The notes beneath the pieces were generated by a model. The model did not search any database. It had not been told where the DNA came from and saw only the letters and a list, made by a program, of their open reading frames with translations. A stretch of 64,000 bases of DNA from a virus (taxonomy: Duplodnaviria; Caudoviricetes). The stretch's first letter is position 1. Every line of letters begins with the position of its first letter. The DNA lies in IMG/VR virus record IMGVR_UViG_3300029288_000110, positions 1 through 64,000 of that record, one strand, 5' to 3'. The translations under genes were made by a program, and so were the position numbers. Below, piece after piece: positions 55,734 through 64,000 of this stretch.

Positions 55734-55808
55734 TGGTAGCGGGGGGAGGACTCGAACCTCCGACCTCCTGGTTATGGGCCAAGCGAGCTGCCTCTGCTCT
55801 ACCCCGCA
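55734..55808 (-). tRNA. tRNA-Met(CAT), initiator-like
   Basis: T-GCGGGG/CCCCGC-TACCA acceptor with unpaired 1:72, CAT anticodon, GTTCGAGTC T-loop. Confidence 0.9.
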
Positions 55809-55909
55809 ATACTTAATTCACCAATAAGTATTTATCGCAACGGTAGATATGATATTACAGGTAATAGTACGTTGTCAAGTGGGCAGTGGCACTTTTAAGA
55901 AAATATATT

Positions 55910-56173
55910 TCAAGCCGGGGATGGCTCGCCATTAGGGCAGCTCACAACCAGGCTGCCTTCTTTGATTGATAATTCGCATACCTGGCTACCTTTCATCGCC
56001 GTTGGGACTTTACCCAGGCCCATTTTCTCGATATAGGGGAAACCTTCCTTTGTCTCCACATCGATTACTTTGACATCTTTGACGTTTATCCTCCCTTCCT
56101 TCACGAGCTTTTTCACGTTCTGGCAGGGGGGGCAGGAACCGGCGACGTAGAGGGTAATGCTATCTTCAGCCAT
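55910..56173 (-). CDS. glutaredoxin/thioredoxin-like protein
   Basis: LYVAGSCPPCQ, VPT cis-Pro motif. Confidence 0.8.
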   Translation of the reverse strand: MAEDSITLYVAGSCPPCQNVKKLVKEGRINVKDVKVIDVETKEGFPYIEKMGLGKVPTAMKGSQVCELSIKEGSLVVSCPNGEPSPA

Positions 56174-56189
56174 TTGATTCTCCTTATAG

Positions 56190-56223
56190 AAAAGGGCGGG
56201 GTAGTTAACCCCCGCCCCTTTTA
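56190..56223. terminator. bidirectional terminator-like hairpin
   Basis: AAAAGGGCGGGG-TAGTTAAC-CCCCGCCCCTTTT. Confidence 0.65.
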
Positions 56224-56405
56224 GTTCCGGGAATGTGGCTTGCGCTTAGTGCTTGCGCTTCCGGCTTTTCTTAGCCCTTCCCCGCTTGGGGCAGAGCAGG
56301 ATACAGCCGGTGATTTTCACGTTACGAGCTCTCATGGTCTTCACCTCCGTGCTGGTAGCTATGAGTAGAGAAAAATTTCTACTAAAGCCTTTGCCCTTAT
56401 TGGCC

Positions 56406-56774
56406 TTACTTGGACCTGCTGGGCTTTTCAACCTTCGTGTTTATTTTAGAACTGGAAGGTGGGTTTGTCAAGTAGGTATTCCATTCGCCGCAACCACGGC
56501 ATTTGACATTGATGGCGCCGTCGGTAACGGCGGCGAGATAAAGAAATCGCCCGCAGTTATCGCATCTGACCTCAGTGGCCGTAAGAACGCCCGTATCCTG
56601 GGTGAAATTGAATTTAAGGTTTGTGGTCTTACATGAGTGACATTTTATACTGATGAGGCCATTGGTAATGCGGGCATAACCGATGAATTTGTTGCAATCT
56701 TCCGCTGAACAATGAAGCTCTTCCATTCCTTTCGTTTCAGGAACGGTGGCCTTACTCTGGGCCTTGGTCGTCAT
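56406..56774 (-). CDS. tandem Mu Com-like zinc-ribbon protein
   Basis: two copies of E..C..C..F...IKC..C...N. Confidence 0.7.
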   Translation of the reverse strand: MTTKAQSKATVPETKGMEELHCSAEDCNKFIGYARITNGLISIKCHSCKTTNLKFNFTQDTGVLTATEVRCDNCGRFLYLAAVTDGAINVKCRGCGEWNTYLTNPPSSSKINTKVEKPSRSK

Positions 56775-56788
56775 GGCTTTCGCCTCCT

Positions 56789-57070
56789 TTAAATTTCCAT
56801 ACCGGCGCCGCCAGCTATTTCATAACCGTCAGGTATCTGGGGCGGTCCGTCGTCCGGGTCGTAATATACGTGCTTCGACCGGGCGGCCTTCGGTGCTTTT
56901 GGGGGTTTGGGCAAGGCACACTGGCGTTTCGCTTCCTCGATGGTAGAGGCTTTGCCCGAGCAGAGCTTGGCGCCCTCACAAAATTTTTCCTTGCGCTCTT
57001 CCTTGGGAATGCCCTTCGGTATGGCCCTCATCTTCCCGACCATACAGGTTTTATATGATGATTTACTCAT
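56789..57070 (-). CDS. small basic Cys-rich protein
   Basis: RBS AAGGAG. Confidence 0.65.
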   Translation of the reverse strand: MSKSSYKTCMVGKMRAIPKGIPKEERKEKFCEGAKLCSGKASTIEEAKRQCALPKPPKAPKAARSKHVYYDPDDGPPQIPDGYEIAGGAGMEI

Positions 57071-57518
57071 GGCTAATCTCCTTCACAAGTATTTTTTGAT
57101 TAAATTTCTTTTCAAAAGCCCAATCCTTTTTATCATATGGTCGTTTGGGTCCTCTTGCCCTATTTTTGTATCTCATTCGATATTCACAGTAATCAATAGC
57201 TATTTTAGCCTTTTCCCTTTTTATAATTAGCCAGGGAGATATTGCTTTTAAGAATTCATAAACTTTGATTATGCCATATACTTGCCATTGATAGGCTCGC
57301 TTTACTCTGGTTGGGCCCCTTTTTTCTATGATTGAACCACCTACTAAATTAGTTATTTGATGTAAAAATTCAAGATTTGTATTGGTGATTCCTACTCTTA
57401 AAGCCAGATATTTATGACCAGTTTTAAACAAAGAAATGTGACCTTCAGTATCCAACGCACAGGCAAGCCAACATGCTTCAATGGGTGTGAGAATCATTAG
57501 TTTAAAAGTAGTATCCAT
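57063..57518 (-). CDS. free-standing LAGLIDADG homing endonuclease-like protein
   Basis: WLACALDTEGHI, ITNTNLEFL, PWLIIKRE; markedly AT-rich. Confidence 0.85.
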   Translation of the reverse strand: MDTTFKLMILTPIEACWLACALDTEGHISLFKTGHKYLALRVGITNTNLEFLHQITNLVGGSIIEKRGPTRVKRAYQWQVYGIIKVYEFLKAISPWLIIKREKAKIAIDYCEYRMRYKNRARGPKRPYDKKDWAFEKKFNQKILVKEISHE

Positions 57519-57529
57519 AAAACACTTTC

Positions 57530-57721
57530 TTAATAAACGCTTGCGTTACAAATTGCCCACGGATTGACTTTCTTTTTATTTCTCCCGAGTTTATTCTGGC
57601 ACTTCACTGCGAGGATACACCGCTCTTTCCGGGCCTTGATTCCCTGTCCCTTGGGGAGGGGCTTGCCTTTATTCATCTTTATCATGCAGGTATTTAATTC
57701 TTTTTGCCTTTTCGTAACCAT
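57530..57721 (-). CDS. small basic Cys-rich protein
   Basis: ERCILAVK..NPWAICNAS; RBS GAGGTG. Confidence 0.6.
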   Translation of the reverse strand: MVTKRQKELNTCMIKMNKGKPLPKGQGIKARKERCILAVKCQNKLGRNKKKVNPWAICNASVY

Positions 57722-57725
57722 AGTC

Positions 57726-57851
57726 TCACCTCTTCTTCTTGAAGATAAATATGAGGATAGCAAATGCGGGTATGCTTATCATCGCAGCTAAACCCAATGC
57801 GTTACCGACTTTCTCTTCAGCTGACTGCTTTCTGTGTATTCTTATAGCCAT
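57726..57851 (-). CDS. 41-aa single-TM protein, not in the ORF track
   Basis: hand translation MAIRIHRK...GLAAMISIPAFAILIFIFKKKR. Confidence 0.5.
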   Translation of the reverse strand: MAIRIHRKQSAEEKVGNALGLAAMISIPAFAILIFIFKKKR

Positions 57852-57852
57852 A

Positions 57853-58167
57853 TTACTTCATTAAGCCAGCTAATGTCCTAGCGGCCTGCGCTACCTCATC
57901 TTCACCCTGAGACAATAGGTATTCTTCCCGGGGAGATAAGCGTTTGAGAAGGGCTTGAAATTCACCGACGTGGACTATCTCTTCGTCAGCGATGGAGCGG
58001 AGCACTTTCCGGGCCAGGGGGTCATCGGTCGCCTCCGCATGGGCGGTATAAAGGTGTGTGGCATCTTCCTCGGCAGCCAGGTCAAGGCGGAGAGCCCGCA
58101 AGAGCTGCTCTCGATTCATTTTCTTACCCGGGACCATACCGGGGAAGGGATTAGTAAATTCAGGCAT
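57853..58167 (-). CDS. ferritin-like (EncFtn/rubrerythrin-type) protein
   Basis: LAAEEDATHLY..IADEEIVHVGEF. Confidence 0.88.
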   Translation of the reverse strand: MPEFTNPFPGMVPGKKMNREQLLRALRLDLAAEEDATHLYTAHAEATDDPLARKVLRSIADEEIVHVGEFQALLKRLSPREEYLLSQGEDEVAQAARTLAGLMK

Positions 58168-58174
58168 TGGTCTC

Positions 58175-58543
58175 CTATTTCCCTCCAACTGTATCACATC
58201 GGGGCAAATGTCTCAATACCAAATAACCGCCAAACTCATCGGCGCAAATAAGGCGTGGATTGTTTCCGAGTTCCACTTCGGCAAGAGACTCTTCCCCGGT
58301 GTCTCCCTCGGACAAATAAATTTTCGCATCCCTCTTTGATTTTGTTACCCAAACGACATCATCATGTGAGAAATCCTCCAGCGACTTCAAGTCTTTTGGG
58401 GAAACTTTCATCTCATTGCCCAGCTCGTCTCTTTCATAGCGCACGATATCCGCTGCGGTCGTTTTACTCGGTGCCGGGTCACCGTAGTCAACCCTCCACC
58501 CCTTTCCCTTAAAAGGAGTGCCGATTTTGCTCTGGTCCGCCAT
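58175..58543 (-). CDS. hypothetical protein
   Basis: ORF co-oriented with block. Confidence 0.6.
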   Translation of the reverse strand: MADQSKIGTPFKGKGWRVDYGDPAPSKTTAADIVRYERDELGNEMKVSPKDLKSLEDFSHDDVVWVTKSKRDAKIYLSEGDTGEESLAEVELGNNPRLICADEFGGYLVLRHLPRCDTVGGK

Positions 58544-58586
58544 GAGCTTCTTTTACCGGGTGATTTCTTTTAAAGTGCATTTCATC

Positions 58587-61500
58587 CTATGTCTTCACTT
58601 TCTTGGCGGAGCAAACTAGCTCATCCCATTCTTTAGTGGTATTGGGATAGACTGGTGTTAGAAAAGCATTATTTGCTACTCCCTCGACCTCTGCTCCCTC
58701 GACCTCTGCGTACATCTTTGCATGAGCGATGGCCTTGGGAACGCACGTGGGGGGCAAGAGAGGTATTTTATCGATAGAGGAGAGGAATATTGCCGCCTGG
58801 CGGATGCGGGAGGCGTCAGTGTCTCTCAGTCCATTTTTGTCACCCTTACGGTTTATACCACAGCTCATATCGAAACCATTATCTTCACAATCAAAATCCC
58901 AAGAGGTGAGGGTCTTCTTAGCTCCTTTCAGAGTCTTTGACCAGTTGCCATGTTCCTTGGGCAGATAGTGGAGCCGGACAGCTGTTACGCCGGCGGTGAT
59001 ATCACTGATGATTTTTATCGTCTGGGCATCTGTTTTATGTTCAACCACAGTGCCGTAGGCTTTGATGTTGGCATCTGCCCTCTCGCCTGCCGGGGCCTTC
59101 ACGCCTTGGCAGTATGCTACCGTGGCGCCGTTGAGCGCCGTGAGCTTTGTCTTTACCTTACATCCCCCGATGCTATCCCCGATGCCAAGTATCTTGAAGG
59201 CGCCGACGAGCTCTTCGATGGTAGGCTGCGTTGTTTTTGATTCTTTCTTAGGCTCCGTTTTCTTTAAGCGCCAGCCCTTGGTATCAGAGTCAGAATCGAT
59301 TACTCCGGCGGCTACCAAGTCTTGAAGGACTGGGATGATAGCGTCATCCTGCGGAACCTCATAGCCCTTATCGTGTATAGATTTCTTCACGCCATGGAGG
59401 GTTATCCAGGCATATCCTGGTTCCTCTGTAAATATCTGCGTGATGACGGACTTCAACTCTTTCGTACTCTTAATCTTTTTCCCCGGCGGTATGCCAGTTT
59501 TTTCCGCTTCGATGAGCTCCTGAGCATATTGGGAAAGCCAGGTTATATTGGGAAGACCGTCAGGATTTATCACATATATTGATTCGATGTCGGAGATTAT
59601 CTCATATCCAGTTTTACTGCCGACCTGGGAGTAGACGTATTTAGCTATTTCCTCCTGCTCTTTAAGTGTGAGGTTTTGCCAGAGTTTGAGCTTCGGAGCT
59701 ATATCAACGCACTGTTTTTCGTAAATATTCGTGAGGATGCCCTTCGTCATGGTCCCAAATTCGACATGGGGATGTGTTTTGGCAAACCAGTCGAATATCT
59801 CAACTAAGGAATTTCCCTGCTTTTTCATCATACACACCATGCCGAGGATGGATGATTGAACTGGGTCGGGAAGGGAAGAGAAGGGGATTTGTTTCACCTC
59901 TCCCGCTACCGGCTGGTAAGGATTCCACTGATAGGTTTTCTTCTCTGTCGCATAAACGATGACGTGGCCGGATTTAACCAGTTCGGTCAGTATTTCATCT
60001 ACTTCAGCCTCTGTAATATCAACCCCTTTGGTATTCAAAATGGTAATATAAGCCATTGCGGCGGTGAAGGCTACTTCGGGATTGTTCTTAAGCAGTTCCA
60101 TCAGGTAATGTGAGAGGGAGAAATCATCCTTCTTGGCGCCTCCCCAGGAAGATTCGGCGATTATCTTCTTTGCCTTTGCAGGTTTCTTCTTGGCATATGC
60201 CTTATTAATTAAGTCATTTAACGTGGGATTGTCTGGTGCAAGGTTATACGCTTCCTCAAGGTATATGAGAAGTTCCTGTTTGGTCGTGCCAACACTTACC
60301 GCCTTCGCAATATCCGCATCGACCTGGGGTTCGTCTTCACTGGAAAGGTCGGAATAGTCAATGAGACCTTCTGAGATATCAGAATCAACCTGCTCCTCCT
60401 CTTCCTCTTGGAAAGTCTTAGGCTTCTCGGACAGCCCGACAACGAGATTCATGAGGGCATCATCAATGGCGAGTTCATCCGTATCGTTGAGATATTTGAG
60501 CACTTCGGCCTCAGAGGCGCCGCCGGCCAGGGACGTGGCTATGTCCTTCTTTATCTGCTCCAGCTGGTCCGGTGAAAATGTTGTAATGCTAGTTTTATCG
60601 GATTCCTCAGACCCTGCTTCTTTGACGTAGTATTTATCTTTTATAAGCCCAAGCTGACCTTCCTTCAGAAGGAAATCCATAGCGGTCTTTATTCCATTCA
60701 GACTCACATCCCAGCCCTTTGCGGCTTCGTTATACATTTCCTCCACTGTCCAGCCGCTGTGGTCTCCGGTTGCGAAGGTGTTCATTATGAACTGTTCTAT
60801 CTCAAGCGCAGAGGGAACGTGCATCTCCTTCTTCTTACCCTTGGCTTTAAGAGGTTTGGCGGGTGATAACATCGTAAAGAGCATCCCGGTTTCATCCGTC
60901 ACGACTTCACCTTGTGCCTGGAGCTTTTTTAAAGCCGCCAGTACTTCTTTGTGTGATGGCTCTCCCCAATTGGAAAGTTTTTTATCCTGCATCCAGAGGT
61001 CGATAACCGCATAGGGTGAGAGCGCTTCATCCAGATTTTTTCCCATCAGCTTCTTAACGCCTTCGGCTATGATTTGAGAATCATCTTTTGGCTCTTCTTC
61101 AATCTCCTCTTCCTCTTCTTCAGATGATTCGCCATCGTACTCTTCGGATTTTTGAGTTATAAAATCGATGAGGGCTTGTGTTTCAATTAGCCCGTATTTC
61201 TTTTTAATCCTATTGGCTGTGTTTTCCACATCCCAACCCTCTTCAATGTCCGAGATAATGGAATCCTGAACTTCACTAAGTTCTGCCCCCTTCAAGTTTT
61301 GGAAGAATTTTGCAGGCTTTTCGCCCTTTTCTTCCGGCAACTCACCCTTGCGTATCTTATTCTTCTTCTCAATTTCCAGTTGGAGCTTAACCTGGAGTGG
61401 TGTGAGGTTGGGGAAGGTTTTAATGACTACCTCTGTGACCGTATTCAGCGTATCGTTAAAACTCTTTCCATTCTGGTGGTCATTGAGCAACTGGAGGTTC

Positions 61501-64000
61501 ATGTTAGCATGAATGAGGTCTTTGCATTTCTGCGGCAGGTTCTTATAAGCCTTAGCTGCCTTGCATTTACTTAACAGTTCTTTATCATGCTGAACCTCAT
61601 CTCCGAGATTATAATAAAGAGTCTTTTGTTCTAAAATCAGCTGACTTATATCGGTGCTGGGTTGCTCTTTAATTCCAAATATAGCCATACCCTGGGATTC
61701 GATTAAGCCTTCATTCTTGAGCTGGTCAATGGCCCATGACACCGTTCCCTCCGTCCCTACAACTCCCTTCGGTAGGGTATAATTAACCTCAAGAGCTTTA
61801 AACAGACCGGTTATATCCGTCGGTCCTGATTGTTTGAATATAGAATAAATCTCATTCTTCAGGGCTTGCGGAGATAGCGAAGGCTTCTCCTCCACCTCCA
61901 GTTCGTGTGTCTTCAGGTCTGGATGTAGGGCGTAGCACTCTCCCAATTCCGCAGTTGAATGAATGAATTCCAGATAGTGCTCGGTATGTAGCTGGTCAAT
62001 GGCCAAAGTCACATCCGCAAAGTCAACGGAGTAATCTGAAACGAGATGGTCGTAAAATCCCTTCTCGCAGATTTCCTCATCCTCATTAGATGTAAGGGTG
62101 TTCTTTATCAGTTCCTTTATATTAGCTACGGTGAGTTTGTCTGACGCCCTTTTCTTTTTCTTCATATGGGCGTCTTTTACTACCTGGGCCAACATGGGGG
62201 AATCGATAAGACCGAAATGCTCCATTACATCTGCTAATATGAGTACGTCATTTTCATGGGCATCAATGAAGTCATGTACTGCCTGTTTCTCATCCGGGCT
62301 GAGGTCCCCGTATTTTTTACTCACGACCTGGCCGGATTCCGCCGGCAGGTATCCCTTACGAATGAGTCTCTTCTTCTCAATTTCTGTCTGGAGTTTGACC
62401 ATCAGGGGGGTGATGGGTATGAGCGGCTGAGCTTTTGTTATGAAGAATTGGAGCTCCTCTAATGTTTTATCGAATGATTGCCCCGTTATCTCTCCATCGA
62501 GGAGGTATTGCTCCATAAGGGCGTGGAGATAAGCCTTACCCTTTTGGGGCAGCTTCTTATATTCCTTCGTAGAGTTCAGCTTTTCTATTTCGGATTTGCT
62601 CATGCTCGTATAGAGCTCCTGGGCCTTTTCAGCGGCTTTGAACTGCAAATCTTTAATATCGGATTTGGCTTTTGTTCCGGCCTTAACTAATATTTTCTCT
62701 TTCCATTCTTTGTAGCACTTTGCCCAGAGCTGTTTCAGATTACTTCCACTGATTCCATATTCATTGGCCTGTGAGGCTATCCAGTCAGCTGATGGGTAGA
62801 GCTCCATAAGACCGGCGGCTTTATCCACATTTGAGGAAGCGAGGAGAGCGACTTCATGGGCAAAACAATGAGCGATATCCGACCCTTTGAGAACCGCATG
62901 GAGATTCTTCATATTATATTTCCACGGATGCGCAACCATATCCGCCTCTTCAATCTCTCCGGCGTCTTTCTCCTCGGCGGTTGCGGCCTGTACTTCCTGC
63001 ACGCATTCGTTCCAAATCATCTTCAGTTTATCAACGGTCATATTATGCGCAGATAGCCATTCGTTATTTGCAACGAAATAATCCGTAAGTACTAAATTGC
63101 CATAGCCAGTCAGTTGGGCAATCTTTTCTTTAAAGCATTTGTGATAAGGCTCTATGCCGGGTACTTTTTGTTGAATTTTGCTGTAATTCCATGGAGCCGC
63201 CAAAATATCATCTAGAGATGGATGAGTAATCCCAGTCGTGGGCATAGTCTCTTTTTCATACCACCAAAGGTTAGGGACTTCGTGAACATCATGTTTGATT
63301 TTTCCTTCAGTTACGAGCTTCTTCAGTACGGAGTAAGCAGTGTTCTTATATCCCGCTGCGGAGATATATTTCTGTATTTCGTCGGTTGTAATTTTCTTCA
63401 CATTGGGTTGTCCCAATAAAGCCAGGACAAATTCATCTACGGTAAGAATTTTGTCTTCTGGTTTACTCGGTACGCCGCAGACTTCATCATTCCATTCGGT
63501 TACTGTGGCTGGATAGATGGGAGATATCTGCATCGTTTTAGCTTGTTTCCATGCGACCTCAACAGCTTTCTCCTGGCAATCCTTTGGGAGTTTGTGAACA
63601 TTAGCCAGTCGAGAGAGGAAAAGCGCTGCCTTAGGAATGCTACCACTGTATTTATTATAATGCTTCTCGAATGTATAATGCCCAGAGGATAAAAGTTTAA
63701 ATCCACACCCGCTAGAGGGCGAATACTCCGAATTCGTTAGGTGTGTAATCACATTAGGTAGCTCGGCAATTTCTTCAGGTATGGTGATAGTAAGGTTAAA
63801 GCCCTTAGAACTGAAGACAACATTACCATTTCCAAATATTGAATGCCAGTTATCAATCCAACCGAGCTGAGCAACATGAGGATATGTTTTTTCCTTCGTT
63901 TCCGTAAGTATACCAGCGCAGTAAGCTGCTTTTGCCTGTGATAGCGGTTTACTGTTTATCTTTACGCATCCCCCTATGGTGAGGGGAAGTAGGCCTTTTG
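58587..64000 (-). CDS. giant modular protein (>1800 aa, 5' end outside window)
   Basis: frame stays open upstream of GTG 63752 to the window edge; several internal repeat families. Confidence 0.85.
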   Translation of the reverse strand, partial: KGLLPLTIGGCVKINSKPLSQAKAAYCAGILTETKEKTYPHVAQLGWIDNWHSIFGNGNVVFSSKGFNLTITIPEEIAELPNVITHLTNSEYSPSSGCGFKLLSSGHYTFEKHYNKYSGSIPKAALFLSRLANVHKLPKDCQEKAVEVAWKQAKTMQISPIYPATVTEWNDEVCGVPSKPEDKILTVDEFVLALLGQPNVKKITTDEIQKYISAAGYKNTAYSVLKKLVTEGKIKHDVHEVPNLWWYEKETMPTTGITHPSLDDILAAPWNYSKIQQKVPGIEPYHKCFKEKIAQLTGYGNLVLTDYFVANNEWLSAHNMTVDKLKMIWNECVQEVQAATAEEKDAGEIEEADMVAHPWKYNMKNLHAVLKGSDIAHCFAHEVALLASSNVDKAAGLMELYPSADWIASQANEYGISGSNLKQLWAKCYKEWKEKILVKAGTKAKSDIKDLQFKAAEKAQELYTSMSKSEIEKLNSTKEYKKLPQKGKAYLHALMEQYLLDGEITGQSFDKTLEELQFFITKAQPLIPITPLMVKLQTEIEKKRLIRKGYLPAESGQVVSKKYGDLSPDEKQAVHDFIDAHENDVLILADVMEHFGLIDSPMLAQVVKDAHMKKKKRASDKLTVANIKELIKNTLTSNEDEEICEKGFYDHLVSDYSVDFADVTLAIDQLHTEHYLEFIHSTAELGECYALHPDLKTHELEVEEKPSLSPQALKNEIYSIFKQSGPTDITGLFKALEVNYTLPKGVVGTEGTVSWAIDQLKNEGLIESQGMAIFGIKEQPSTDISQLILEQKTLYYNLGDEVQHDKELLSKCKAAKAYKNLPQKCKDLIHANMNLQLLNDHQNGKSFNDTLNTVTEVVIKTFPNLTPLQVKLQLEIEKKNKIRKGELPEEKGEKPAKFFQNLKGAELSEVQDSIISDIEEGWDVENTANRIKKKYGLIETQALIDFITQKSEEYDGESSEEEEEEIEEEPKDDSQIIAEGVKKLMGKNLDEALSPYAVIDLWMQDKKLSNWGEPSHKEVLAALKKLQAQGEVVTDETGMLFTMLSPAKPLKAKGKKKEMHVPSALEIEQFIMNTFATGDHSGWTVEEMYNEAAKGWDVSLNGIKTAMDFLLKEGQLGLIKDKYYVKEAGSEESDKTSITTFSPDQLEQIKKDIATSLAGGASEAEVLKYLNDTDELAIDDALMNLVVGLSEKPKTFQEEEEEQVDSDISEGLIDYSDLSSEDEPQVDADIAKAVSVGTTKQELLIYLEEAYNLAPDNPTLNDLINKAYAKKKPAKAKKIIAESSWGGAKKDDFSLSHYLMELLKNNPEVAFTAAMAYITILNTKGVDITEAEVDEILTELVKSGHVIVYATEKKTYQWNPYQPVAGEVKQIPFSSLPDPVQSSILGMVCMMKKQGNSLVEIFDWFAKTHPHVEFGTMTKGILTNIYEKQCVDIAPKLKLWQNLTLKEQEEIAKYVYSQVGSKTGYEIISDIESIYVINPDGLPNITWLSQYAQELIEAEKTGIPPGKKIKSTKELKSVITQIFTEEPGYAWITLHGVKKSIHDKGYEVPQDDAIIPVLQDLVAAGVIDSDSDTKGWRLKKTEPKKESKTTQPTIEELVGAFKILGIGDSIGGCKVKTKLTALNGATVAYCQGVKAPAGERADANIKAYGTVVEHKTDAQTIKIISDITAGVTAVRLHYLPKEHGNWSKTLKGAKKTLTSWDFDCEDNGFDMSCGINRKGDKNGLRDTDASRIRQAAIFLSSIDKIPLLPPTCVPKAIAHAKMYAEVEGAEVEGVANNAFLTPVYPNTTKEWDELVCSAKKVKT

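Noticed and set aside
1-64000. Diversity-generating retroelement or retron
   Set aside because: No reverse transcriptase motif and no template/variable repeat pair seen.

Overview
The window is entirely viral or mobile DNA, in two convergent blocks. (A) 1-~35.7 kb, + strand, GC-rich: an HK97-fold siphovirus-type phage with terS/terL, portal, protease, capsid, neck and tail genes. It has a papain-like protease where the endolysin usually sits, and an accessory arm carrying a PRTRC (ParB/ThiF/E2/JAB/Ubl) ubiquitin-like operon. (B) ~39.4-64 kb, - strand, more AT-rich: tyrosine recombinase, two DNA methyltransferases, PAPS-reductase-like gene, lambda-O-like initiator with iterons plus DnaC, tRNA-Ser and tRNA-Met, small redox and zinc proteins, a possible single-jelly-roll capsid homolog, and a >1800-aa modular protein running off the edge. 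The blocks meet at a stack of nested insertions around a cargo-carrying ISL3 element (36134-39034). Main observations: (1) transposase-free, one-gene cassettes bounded by NGTAANTAT(C/A)CC inverted repeats with 8-bp target duplications and a ribosome-binding site built into the end, present in both blocks; (2) a separately promoted antisense lipoprotein that is a ~45%-identical paralog of the neighbouring tail-fibre domain (candidate receptor-masking superinfection exclusion); (3) a phage PRTRC operon whose Ubl lacks the terminal glycine and is fused to a Cys-rich domain. All family calls are from motif recognition by eye; no searches were run.
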